Assembly: GCA_951406725.2 (NCBI GenBank)
Contig: OX597818.1
Span: 21,142,001-21,206,000, forward strand
DNA: 64,000 nucleotides
DNA from: Octopus vulgaris
Taxonomy: Eukaryota
Direction: 5' to 3'
Part shown: positions 14,425 through 26,591 of the stretch, in pieces
Layout of the letters: every line of letters begins with the position of its first letter
How positions within the stretch are numbered: position 1 is the stretch's first letter
Made by a program: the position numbers and the translations under genes
Notes under the pieces: generated by a model
Told to the model about the DNA's origin: nothing
Databases searched by the model: none
What the model saw: only the letters and a program-made list of their open reading frames with translations

Positions 14425-14855
14425 TCATCATCATCATCATCATCGTTTAACGTCCGCTTTCCATGCTAGCATGGGTTGGACGGTTCAACTGGGGTCTGGG
14501 AAGCCCGAAGGCTGCACCAGGCCAGTCAGATCTGGCAGTGTTTCTACAGCTGGATGCCCTTCCTAATGCCAACCACTCCGTGAGTGTAGTGGGTGCTTTT
14601 TATGTGCCACCGACACAGGTGCCAGACGCTGGTGAACGGCCACGCTCAGATGGTGTTTTTTACGTGCCACCGGCACGGAGGCCAGGCGAGGCTGGCACGA
14701 CTACGATCGGATGGTGTTTGTTACGTGCCACCAGCACGGAGGCCAGTCGATGCGGTACTGGCTACGGCCACGTTTGAATGGTTTTCTTATGTGCCACCGG
14801 CACTGGTATCACAAAACTACAAATTCCATTGATGTTCATCGATTTTGATTTGATT
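14425..14855 (-). mobile_element. Young RTE-family 3' end or RTE-tailed SINE with four internal units of about 60 bp
   Basis: (CAT)n tail at left, near-identical to 59935-60102 in reverse complement; CpGs retained. Confidence 0.75.
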
Positions 14856-14940
14856 CTTTATAAATGTATATGTATATATAAATGTATATGTATATATAAA
14901 TGTATATGTATATATAAATGTATGTGTATATATAAATGTA

Positions 14941-15350
14941 TCTCTTATTATAAAAGGCAGATTTTATCTGCCTCCCTTTGGGAGTTATACAAATCTACAA
15001 TATAGGATTTCTTCAATTACAATTTACCTAGCAGTTTTGAGAGTACAATGCATCGCGTCATGCCAGGTCCAGTTTTTAAAATTTAAACTCCAATTAAGCA
15101 AAATTTACAGAAAACTCACATTCTGGTGTGTGTGTCAAATGCTTTTCTTAGTCTGGTTTACACCACACGCAAACGCACACACACAGTGGGCAACGAATAA
15201 AATGAAAGTAAATAGCGACAGAGAGATTTGAGGAAGACTAAAGTGAAAGTATTCTGTCCATGACGCTGATAGATACATGAGTAAAATGTATGGGAAGCTA
15301 AGAGCTAAGAGTGAGTGAAAATGTTCTTGGAAGAGAGTAATTAGTAATAA
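14941..15350 (+). mobile_element. Probable truncated Helitron-like repeat
   Basis: A|TCTCTTATTATAAAAG start inside an AT microsatellite; no recognisable 3' hairpin or CTAG. Confidence 0.35.
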
Positions 15351-15364
15351 AGTAAACATACACT

Positions 15365-15555
15365 CATACATACATACATACATACATACATACATACATA
15401 CATACATACATACATACATACATACATACATACATACATACATACATACATACACACACACACATACATACATACACACATACATACATACATACATATA
15501 CATACATACATACATATACATACATACATACACACACACACATACACACACACAC
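15365..15555. repeat. (TACA)n/(CA)n compound microsatellite
   Basis: Read directly from the sequence. Confidence 0.95.
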
Positions 15556-15744
15556 AGTATTGAAGCTTGAGAACAATCAGATACATTTGCAACACATCTG
15601 TTGAAAATATTATTGTTCACACACATACATATACATATATACATACAGACAGACAGACAGATAGACACACACACACACACACACACATGATCCAGCATGG
15701 CCACAACCTCAAGGCTGAAACATATAAAAGAATAACAGAATATA

Positions 15745-16098
15745 AATGTGTGCAAAGTACAAGAAATATTAATGCAGTATATGGGGATTGGACAATAAGC
15801 GTAAGGCAGTGTCAATGGTGGTTCCAGAAATCCCGAGCCATAAACTACAGCCTAGAAGACGAGCCTCATCCTGAAAGATCTGTAGAACTCGACAAGGACA
15901 TCCTGAAAACCCTGGTGGAACAAAATATCATCGTAACTGTTGAGGAACTAGCAGAGAAGCTTGGATTTGGTCATTCAACCATTCATTGACACCTGTGTGC
16001 TATCGGAAAAGTAAGCAAATTGGGTCAATGGGTTCCTCACGAACTTTCCGAGTCTAATTGCATGCAGAGAGTGAATGTATGCTTTTCTTTGCTGTCAT
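15745..16098 (+). pseudogene. mariner transposase fragment (N-terminal HTH region), with an in-frame stop
   Basis: INAVYGDWTISVRQCQWWFQK...LEDEPHPERSVELD...TVEELAEKLGFGHSTIH*HLCAIGKVSKLGQWVPHEL; WVPHEL is the mariner linker motif. Confidence 0.9.
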
Positions 16099-16124
16099 AT
16101 CTCACCACCACTGCGCTATGTATA

Positions 16125-16756
16125 TCTATATATATAAAACTGTAGTTGTGTGAGTGTCTGTCCCCTTCGATTTAGATTCCTAACTACTCCCACATTTTGC
16201 GGTACAGTTTAACCAAATTCGGGTAGCTTATAGTCGTGATTCATATCGAGCCCGTCTGAATATTAGCACGCGTCTACGATGAGTCTACGATTTTTAAAAT
16301 AATTTAACATTTTTTATTCCATTTTAATGCATAATTTTTCGTGTGTCGATGGCGGCGGAGTTGGCGTCCACGCTCACACCTGCACCTGTGGGGAAGGGAG
16401 TGTAAGGAAATCAACGTCGTAATGCGTTGTCAAGGAGACCAGTGTTCTTTTAGAACAACGACTTCATGGCTTGAAGACACCAAAACAGAAATGGCTAAGA
16501 AAGCGTCTACATGAGTCTACGATTTAAAAAAAATTTACCATCGTTTTTTTTCCATTTTAATGCATTTTTTCGCTATTATATAAGGGAAGTAACTCTCTAA
16601 AAATGTCTACGATGAGTCAACGATTTTAAAAAAAATTACCATCATATTTTTTCCATTTTTAATGCATTTTTTGCTATTTTTTTGCTATAACTCTCTAAAA
16701 ATGCTTATATAGTTATTTCCCTTACAAACCCGAGCAACGCCGGGCGATACTGCTAG
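16125..16756 (+). mobile_element. Non-autonomous Helitron
   Basis: 5' TC, 3' CTAG, inserted between A and T with no TSD; GC hairpin CCCG(A)GC-AAC-GCCGGG at 16729-16744; three internal copies of a gtctacgatgagtctacgatttt block; CpG-rich. Confidence 0.85.
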
Positions 16757-17269
16757 TGTGTATATATAAATATATGTATATATAAATATATGTATGTATC
16801 TATAAATGTATGTGTATATATAAGTGTATATGTATATATAAATGTATATGTATATATATATGTGTGTGTGTGTGTGTATGTCTGTGTCTGTGTTTGTCCC
16901 CCCAGCATTGCTTGACAACCGATGTTGGTATGCTTATATCCCTGTAACTTAGCACTTCAGCAAAAGACACTGATAGAATAAGTACTAGGCTTACAAAGAA
17001 TAAGTCCTGAGATCAATTTCTTCGACTATAGACGGTGCTCCAGCATGGCCACAGTCAAATGACTGAAACAAGTTAAAAAAATAAAAGAATTTTAATTTTT
17101 AGCAAGGTTTTCTTCAAAATATTTTTTTTCTAAACATATATATATTTTGTTTCAATCTGTACATTAAAAAAAAATTTGTAGAATATTCCAAAATATAGTT
17201 TATAAAATTCCTTTCAAATTTGTTTTATTTTGCTGTTTAAGAGAGAATTCCTTCTGTTTATTCTACCAG

Positions 17270-17300
17270 AACTATATGAGTCTCTGCACTATTACATTCA
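17270..17300 (+). CDS. Weak candidate micro-exon (ELYESLHYYIQ)
   Basis: cttctgtttattctaccag| ... CA|gtaatt; exit phase 2 would join the 26277 candidate in frame. Confidence 0.2.
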
Positions 17301-18997
17301 GTAATTTAATGCGAATTTCTCTTAAAAAAACTACCGAAGGCAGCTCTCACTGCATCTCATACTACTAGAATAGTTTTTAATTAAGGGTCTTAGAGAGGGT
17401 TTCAAATTCTTGGGAGGTAAATCTTTTTTTAATTCTAGTTTTGAATTTAAGAAACGCATTCATATGTGTGAATGTGTCTCGTAAGTGTAATTTTATGCAC
17501 GGTGGTCTTGATATGTGAATGTTTTTCTTGTCTGTTTTGTGTGTATTGTGCGTTGGGTGTTTTGGGGGTGTTTGTGCTATACAAGTGTGTTAGGTCTGTG
17601 AAGTGTTTGGTATGTGATATCTATTTCTGATATCACTATAACTACTAACTTTTACCATCATTATCACCACCACCACCACCTCGACCACCACTGTTTCAAC
17701 CACTGACATCAAAATTACCCCTACTACCATCACACTCTCCACCCACCCCCTCATCCCTTCTAACTCTCCAGAGAAGGGTGAATGCAAAGTATCAGTTTTT
17801 GGAACCAAACAGTAGTAACCAAGGAAACAGACAGTGGGAAGAGGAGGAGGAGGAGGAAAGGAGTGGGTAGGAGTAAGGAGATAGGCACAAGGCGGTAGGA
17901 TAATTTTGAACTGAAGAATTCTCTACAGGATTTAAAAGTTAGACTTTTAGACTTGATATCTTGATACTGAAACTATACAAACATGCTTTGAATTTATATT
18001 TATAGATTTTGGCAGGTCAGGCATTTGATTTGGTTTTTTTTCCAATGACTTGACAAATTCTAAAAACTTTTGGGTGTGTTTAAAAGGTTATTTTTCAACA
18101 ACCCCACTTTTTCTCTTTTCGTTTTTCTCTTTTTTTCTTATTTTGGTGTGTAAATATCTCAATGGTCATTAGATTTGTTTGAAAACATACTCCATATTTA
18201 TTCTATTTTTATTTTTATAGTTTAATTTAAATATTTTTATCCAAATATCCTTTCTCTAATAAACAAAACATCATTGACATTCATGCAATTCTTGTTACTA
18301 AAATGGATTATTTTACATAGGCAGAAATATACATATACAGACCTCAATAGAATTTGCAAATTTATCAAAACATGTATTTGAACACAAAACAAAAACCAAA
18401 TTTTCAAAACAGCCATCATTATCATCATCATTGTTTTAACAGCTACTTTTTCATATTTAAGTGGGCTCAGATGAGACTTTTTTGAAGTAGAATTTTTCCC
18501 TTTCTGATGCTAATCTTCATCTGTTTCTTAGTAAGGTACTAATCTACTAGTCTATCAAACAGCAAGAAACCCAGATATACTTTTGCAGAAGACTGCAAAT
18601 AAATGACACTGTATGAATGGTGAGGCTTTTGTTTACAGTCATCACACACATGACAAGATGAGGGAGAATATGCAGTCAATCACATGTACATAGACAACAG
18701 GATTCTTCCAATTTCCTTCAGCCAATTTCACTTACAACATATTGGTCAACCTGCAGCATTTGCAGAAGATGCCAACTAACAGTGTCTACACAGTGGGATT
18801 GAGCCCCTAACTGTGTAGTTCCAAGCTGAGCTTCTTAACCCTGCAGAGCCATGCCTGCACTCATAAATCTTAATTGTTTAAAATTGAAAATCTCCTATCT
18901 GAGACCTATTAAATTAAAATAATTGTCTGTCATGTTGACACAATGTGTTGAAAGATAATATTAGCTGAGTTAACACCAATACGTAACTGTTATTTAA

Positions 18998-19123
18998 CCT
19001 TTAGCACATTGTAAGCACATCATGTCACCATATGACTTTTCTGCCCTCTCTATGCAACACAATGCACCTTCAGCTACAGGGGAGAAAACTCATGGTGACA
19101 TGATGCACTAAGCATGCTAAAGG
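18998..19123. mobile_element. Small piggyBac-like hairpin MITE
   Basis: TTAA | CCTTTAGCA ... TGCTAAAGG | TTAA with inner inverted CATCATGTCACCA / TGGTGACATGATG. Confidence 0.75.
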
Positions 19124-20749
19124 TTAATGTATCAAGGCCAGAAAGATGAAAAGCAAAGTCAACTTCACTCAGCAGGATTTGAACTGAGATCATAAAATGA
19201 TCTAAATTAGTCATGGGCAACTTGTGGCTCTCCTAAAGAAAAATTACCTTAAATTCTTTTAGTAGTGCAATCTGCCTGATGATGAGCCATGTCTCATGCA
19301 GCCTGTCTCTCAAAAAGGGGTTTACCCATGCTTAATCTAAAGAATAATGTGAAGCAGTTTATGTAACACTTCGCCGTATCTCTGATATATCCTTTAAGAT
19401 GTGTATAGGTATAGGCATGGCAGTGTGGTAAGTAGCTTGTTTCCCAACCACATGGTTCTGGATTCAGTCCCACTGTGTAGCACCTTGAGTAAGAGTCCTA
19501 CTATGGCCTCGGTCAACCAAAGCCTTGTGAGTGGATTTAGTAGATGGAAACTAAGCAAAGCCAATTGTGTGTGTGTGTATCTTTGTGTCTCCTTGTCCAC
19601 CCCACCACCGCCACCACTGCTTGACATTTGGTGTGTTTACGTCCTTGTAACTAAGCAGTTCAGCAAAAGGAGCCAACAGAATAAGTACCAGGCTTTAGAA
19701 AAAAAAGTACTGAGTTGATTCATTCAACTAAAAATTCTTCAAAGTGGTAACCCAGCATGGCCACAGTCTTATGACTGAAACAAGTATAAAATAATAATAC
19801 AGTTTTAGTTTGTTTTCTTTTTAGGGGGGAGGTTGTCTCCATTACTAAGTAAAGGCAAAGTGGCAAGTATAAAAACTTATGGTAACCATACTTTATTTTC
19901 TCATGACATATATAATTACAATGGAATGGATAGATTACTGGCAGGATTTGAAACCAGGTTGCATGCACAGCTTGTTGCCACCTCAAACTGATACATCTCT
20001 ACTATAGCACATCACTCTTTTTCTTTTAAATAGATGCCAAACTGGGATTGCTGTTTTAGCCCCAGGTCATCTTTGATTAAGAAGACATAATGATTAAAAG
20101 CTTCCCTGTCGTATTCTGTTCAGACAGTCATTCTGGAACCATAGTTTCCAAAGTGTCTTTCTTTTTCTTTTTCTTTTTTTTAAAGACACTAATGTGTGAT
20201 TGAAAGGAAGTTTGGCTCCATTAATTATGGGTTTTTTTCGGGCATGGTTATATGGTAAGAATTTTAGTTCCCAGCCACGTGGTCTCAGCTTCAATTCCAT
20301 TGCACGGCACTTTGGACAACTGTCTTCTACTATAGCCTTGTGAGTGAATTTCATTGATGAAAATTGAATGAAACCTTGTGTGTCTGTGTGTGTGTGTTAC
20401 TGTCTTGTTAGCTTGACTTTATATGATAGTTATCACTGTCATACATGCATTGTGCTTCATTTTCATGAAAAACATATCTGGTCATGGGGGATATTACCAT
20501 GCTTGGAAACAAGTGGGGGTTAGCAACAGGAGGGGCATCCAGCTGTAGAAAATTTGCCTCTATAAATTTCATTTAATTTTTGCAGACATAGAAAGTGAAT
20601 GTTAAAACAATAACGATGATGATGATGATGATAATGACAACACAGGAAATTTTTAATGAACAGATTCAGTTTGTTTATTAGCTAGATGAAATGACTATCC
20701 TGCTGTGGAGTGGGGTATTCAGAAAGTATGGTAACCATAACTATGATAG

Positions 20750-21208
20750 AGTGAGAAAAGTACAGGGAGCTATTACCTTTTGCCAATAAGGGATTCTCTC
20801 TCTGAGCAAAGGTTTGTTAGTATGATGCATTGTGTACAAACTACAATCCTGATAGTTGTGGAACATGGGCACTGAATGCAAGGATGGGCAAAAGTTGGAA
20901 AGAAAGCATGATGTATAATGTTAGTGTGCATGAATGATGTGACACAGACAAACTGTGAGGGAAAACTGGGTATAAGAGGAATCTTAAAGTGAGTGCATGT
21001 CGATGGTGATAGACAGGTGAGGTGAAGAAGTGCCAGAATATCCAAATGGAAGGAACCTGTTGAAGAAGAATACATGGGTAAAAAGCTGATCTCAGGAAGC
21101 TGAACCTTACACAGAAAATGACAAAGGAACACAGCAAGTGGCAGGATGCTGTATTGGAAAGGACCTGTTCAACCCGTACAAGCATTGTAAAATGATGATG
21201 ATGATGAT
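20750..21208 (+). mobile_element. Decayed RTE LINE 3' fragment with (GAT)n tail
   Basis: Frameshifted remnants of LYDACV...SETWA-type motifs; ends tgatgatgatg. Confidence 0.55.
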
Positions 21209-22383
21209 TACAGTGGTGGCAGATCTCTCACTGACACAAGAAGTCTGTTATGTAACTATATAAAAATATTTCCAAATTTTAGAAACTTCTTACTATTTTC
21301 TCAGTTGCAAAAGAAAAAAAAAATTTTTTAAAGTTATTGTTTCCCTGAAATAATTTCTTAGGATCAAGGTCTCAGGTTTGTTGTGGAAATAAAATTGTTT
21401 GAGGAATGATTAGCAGCTTTGCAGATCTGAACCTATGTTAGCTTTGAAACATATTAAAATGACACCAATTATAATGATGATGATGATAATGATGAAATAT
21501 GATACTGTATAATATTGTTTGTTATCTTGACACACATCTTTGAGATTGCAAAGACATTACCACTGCTAATGGGGTTGTTTTTGTTGTTTATGGCATTATT
21601 ATAAATGTTATTTTTGTTGTCCGTTGCTGTTATTGTGTTTTGCTGATGTCGCAATAAATTGTTACTTAAAATATGAATACCAGAAAATGATAAACATACA
21701 TATATCTATGCAGAAATCTTTCACACACATCACGTGCATGTGAGTGTGGGGACAGAGCGGCAAGAGCAATCAAAGATAAATACTTAAAAAGCTTTTTTCA
21801 TAACCAGCAAGTCCTAGGTTCAGTCCTATGGCATGGCATCATGGGCAAGTGTCTCTCATTAGAGCCTCAGATCAACCCAAGCCTTGTAAGAGAAATTGGC
21901 TAGACAAGGACTGTTTATAAAGTCTTTCAGATGAACTCTACTTGTAATTCAAAGGTGATGTATCAGCGTGACTCTATAGTAATACATGACAATGCATTGT
22001 CACATATTACTATTGTATCATGCTGATTCAGTCTGAGAGTTATATTAAACCCATATGCTTGCTGAATTAACTCAGCCACTTACATATCAATTTAGTGAGT
22101 AGGTAGTTAATTTGAATCAACAACTGAATGCTCATAGTTTAAAACAACAGAAGATCCATCACCATATTTATATACTCCTCATACACAAATAAATATACGT
22201 ATATACCAAAAAAAAAAAAGGAACTAGTTTTCTTCTGTATTTAATTTTGTCAGCCCTCTCTTGTAACCAAAATTATTCCACTCTGACCCAATTCTGTTTT
22301 ACCCCTCTGTTTTTGTTCTACCCCAGATTCCACTGAATTCCAAATTCTATTAAGTACTACTGCTCTCTTTGTATAACCTACCC

Positions 22384-22414
<31 letters not shown>

Positions 22415-22502
22415 ATAGTGAATCCGAACAAGAAAAAACAATAATGCAAGGATGTGGTACAAGTACTGTATTATTAGATGCTCAGGAATGGAAGGAAAGA
22501 GG

Positions 22503-22537
22503 ATTTAACATTTCGAGCAAAGCTCTTCTTCAGAAAT
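22503..22537 (-). ncRNA. Minimal type-I hammerhead ribozyme remnant in a Penelope-like terminal fragment (about 22415-22600)
   Basis: Minus strand ATTT-CTGAAGA-A-GAGC-TTT-GCTC-GAAA-TGTT-AAAT: catalytic core, 4-bp stem II, 4-bp stem I; stem III palindrome apparently decayed (CG to TG). Confidence 0.55.
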
Positions 22538-22849
22538 AGAGGCAAGTCCAAGGGAAGGGAAGATGGAGGAAGAAAATTGCCAACAATACATACACAGTTA
22601 TATATATATATATATATATATATATGCTAGGTTGCTTTTGTTGTAACTTGATAAATCAAGCAAATAAGTGACTAAAATATTACAAAACTTTTGTCTCAAC
22701 ACAATTTATATATGGTTGGATGGACTTTTATTGCTGGTTAACTCTAAGTCAGTTCTGATAAGGAAATGGACAGTATGTCTGATTTTCAGATGATATATTC
22801 AGGACTACATTATTCAATGTGTCTTAAATTTAGTAAGAAGGAGATTTAA

Positions 22850-23070
22850 CCCTTTCGTTACCATATTTATTTTGAGATGCTCTGTTGTTCTTTCAATTTC
22901 TTTAAATATAACAAAGAATTTAGTAAAATAATTTAGTTATCATTCAGCTAGTGTTAGGAACATAAATTGTGACTAAGGTTTGGTGACAGATTTTAATTCA
23001 GAACTTATGAAAACAAGACATTTGTACTACAGAGTCAGAGGCGGTTTCAGGCAGGTTGGTATCGAAAGGG
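22850..23070. mobile_element. piggyBac-like MITE
   Basis: TTAA | CCCTTTCGTTACCA ... TGGTATCGAAAGGG | TTAA; further degenerate copies near 57565-57860. Confidence 0.85.
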
Positions 23071-23556
23071 TTAAGAGGAAGATGGCTGCTGTTTTTGAAG
23101 ATCAAGTAACCACACAAACCTCTCTTTTTAGTGTGTGTGTGTTTGTGTGTGTGCACATGCGCATGCACATTTCTCCAATTTTAAATGTAAATGTATGAAT
23201 ATTATATCTCTTCTAGGTGTAAAATAGTAAAAATAAATGGGAAAAATTCCTACAAGTTTTGTACCAAACTTTTACATTGAAGGAAGAATGAACAAGAGGA
23301 CAGAAGTTTTCTCCTTCCCAAACTCTTGATATCACAACTCTATACTGCAAGTTTGGCATTTAAAAGCCTTCCTATATTTCATTGTTTTATGAAAATTACC
23401 GAAAAATTTTATCAAATCTCTCTTTGATCCCTGTAAATGATATCTATATATATATATGCTACTTTCTAAATTTTCCAAAGTTTGAAACTCAAATTAGGAA
23501 CTTTGGAATATACAGTAAAAATGGATTTGGCAATAAAAAGTGGTTGTCTTTGCAGT

Positions 23557-23845
23557 CAGTGGTTCTCAACCAGGGTTCATGTGGCCCCTGAGGGTCCATA
23601 TAAAATTTTTTGGGGCCCACACCACAAAATAGTAAATTGGGGATCCACAATAGTATTTTAAGGGCCCGTGAAAAAATTTTACTTTAGATGTATGTACACA
23701 AGTTAATGTGTGAAAACAAAATAGGAATATTGAAAGAAGTTCCTATAAAACTAGTTTTTAATCATTGAACTGCTATGGGGGTCCACCAGAATAAATTAGT
23801 AATCAAAGAGGTCCGTAGATAAAAGAAATGGTTGAGAATTCCTTG
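23557..23845. mobile_element. hAT (Charlie-type) MITE, same family as 5679-6001, opposite orientation
   Basis: CAGTGGTTCTCAACC ... GGTTGAGAATTCCTTG; interior is the reverse complement of the 5679 copy (for example the ctataaaactagttttt block). Confidence 0.75.
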
Positions 23846-26276
23846 TTTAAATGGTCTAAAAAACAAAAATTGTAAACAAGTGAATAGAGACACTGTAGAG
23901 CAGAGAGGACTCTTTAGCCTTACCAGAAGCAAGGTTACCCCTCTAGTACTGGTGACATGATAAAGTGTACTCAGTACACTAGAATGTGGTTGGCAAATGA
24001 ACGGAAACAGCACCAGGCACAATAAAATGTACTTAGTACACCCTGTAAACTGGTTTGTGGTAGGAGGATACAGAGGCATAAAATACATGCCAAAAAATGG
24101 ACTCTCTGAGCAAGATATACCAAACTATCAAGGAGTGCAGTAACTGACTAAGGACTTGGTCGACAACAATTTGTGCAATCCAGGCCAACATGGAAAAAGA
24201 AATGTAAGAATGATGACAATGATGATGAGTGTCATGGATTACATTTTTCTTTTTGTTGACTTGGTCTGGTGGAAGAAGATGTGTCTAGGCCTTCGTAATC
24301 TCTCTGAAAGTGGTGTAATTGATGTACTTAACATTTCCTTCTGAAGTGCTTCAAGTTGAGGTGAGAAAGCATACCAGGAGTGAATCCCAGTAGCTCAACT
24401 TCCTGGTAAAGAAAGACAAGCTGAAGTGGTTAGTTAAGGAGTGGAGGTGGGCACTATTAATAAAGAGAAGAGACATAAATATGATAAAAGTACTTGATTG
24501 ATGAAGACTCAAGATCAGTAAGTTCTATAGTCATCGTTGTTGTCTTCATCATTTAACATCTTCTCTTCCATGCTTGCATGGGTTTAGTGAAATTTGTTGA
24601 GGCAGATTTTTTACAGCTTGGTGTCCTTCCTGTCACCAACCCTCACCTGTTTTCAAGCAAAAGTAACATTTCCCATGACCAGACATGTTTTTCATGGAAG
24701 ATTGGAAGTGAAAGACACTACATGCCTGATGATGACATTCATTTACAACAATCACATGAAGTCAAAGCAAGGAGACAGTAACACAATCTGTACATATTTA
24801 GTATAAGGTTTTTTTAGGTTGCAGATGGCTGTGGCTTCAGTAGAAGATGAGTGAGGATGGTATCACTTCTGTGAAAGCAGACATTGCTGAAGGTGACAGC
24901 AAGTAGATTGATGTATACAAGGAAAAGCAATGGGGAAGAAAGTCAACCATTAGGACACACCAGTGTTGATGGTGCACTTTGGCAGAAAGCCATAGATCTG
25001 AGATATGAGAAAGATTGAACCCATAAACAGGCAATTTTGCCAGAAGATTCACTCGTGTATATTATGTCTATGTATATGAGGTTGATTTCATCAGTTATAG
25101 CTTCTCCCCTAAAATGTAAGACCTTGTGCTAGTCTAAAAATTATTATTAAGGGAGCAAATTGATAGAATTTGTGTGTGTGTATGTTGTGAAATACCTAAA
25201 ATACTTAAGATGATTGGTAGTTCTGTTAAGCGCACTCAATAAATCTTGTTTGGTTAAGTGGAAAAATTCAAACTGATAAAGAAGAAATCCATTAGTGATC
25301 CAGTTTTTGATCAAGGAGATTATCATGCTTGTATTAATTAAAGGGAGATAAGATTATAGTCAACAGTTGGCAAAGTTTATATTAGTTATCTTATAAATGT
25401 ACTTGGAACAAAAGGAACAGGCAAGCTGCCATCTGAATCATGGTTTCTATGACCAAGGCGGTAAAGCTGTATTTGACTGTATACACAGATGGGTTCTCTG
25501 TAGCCATGGAAGCTAATGGCATGTAACCATAAAATCATAGCCATCACTTGCAAGCAAGTATGACTCGTTAGCATATACTATGCTTTTACTAATTGTTTTA
25601 GGCACTTACCTAGCCAGGAGCAGGTATAGACACTTTCTAAGTCCTCTCACCTTTGATCCTGCAGGATATAACAGCTGAGGAAGAAATGGATGCACCAGCC
25701 TGCAACACTCTTTTGCAGCTGAGTAAACTGAATGTTTTGCTGAGGGACACAGTGCACTGCCTGATCCAGGAATTGAATACACTGTAATGGTCATGAGCCC
25801 AACTAGACCACATGCTTTTACTAAAGAAATACCCACAGGATTATCTAATAATAACAGCATGTGTTGTAGTGATTCAGCTAATGCAACCACAAAGAAAAAA
25901 AAAGGAAATTTTAGATATTTTCTTATTCAAATGTTAGACAATTTTGCATCCTCTCAAATTTGTTATTTAAACAGGCCATATCTGGCTCAAATATTCTACC
26001 CATAATACATTCAAACCAACCAGATCTGGCCTCTCACATCTACCCCACAATATTGTTCTAGAAATAAACAAGACATCATTGAAATCTCATAGCTATGGGA
26101 TAATGCATAATTTATTCAAAACAATGTGAATAAATAAGCTTATATTTAACAGAGTAATCTAAACGTTTATGTTTTAATGTAGCCATTTATGTGCTAGTGA
26201 AAATGTTCAACTCCAAACGAGTTGTAACAGTTTGTCTAGAATGCATATATCCTTATCTTCTGTTTGCTGACAATAG

Positions 26277-26320
26277 AACAATTTTTGCTGATGCTGAAAA
26301 TATCAAGGAGCTCCTGAGAG
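26277..26320 (+). CDS. Candidate small internal exon (TIFADAENIKELLR; phase 2 in, phase 1 out)
   Basis: ccttatcttctgtttgctgacaatag| ... GAG|gtaaac, only one frame open. Its exit phase does not join 31697 directly, so another exon would be needed between them. Confidence 0.4.
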
Positions 26321-26358
26321 GTAAACAAAATATAGTTTTGTAATTTAATCTTAATACC

Positions 26359-26591
26359 TATTTCTTTATTACCCACAAAGGGCTAAACACAGAGGGGACA
26401 AACAAGGACAGACATAGGTATTAAGTCGATTACATCAACCCCAGTGCGTAACTGGTACTTAATTAATCGACCCCGAAAGGATGAAAGGCAAAGTCGACCT
26501 CGGCGGAATTTGAACTCAGAACGTAATGACAGACGAAATACCTCTGAGCATTTCATCTGGCGTGCTAACGCTTCTGCCAGCTCGCCACCTA
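26359..26591 (-). mobile_element. tRNA-derived SINE family C
   Basis: Head aggtggcgagctggcagaa...ctgagttcaaattccgcc; 12-bp TSD AATCTTAATACC (26347-26358, 26592-26603). Confidence 0.88.

Noticed and set aside
15135-15815. 226-aa ORF and overlapping ORFs
   Set aside because: Translation of the (TACA)n microsatellite (MYVC repeats).
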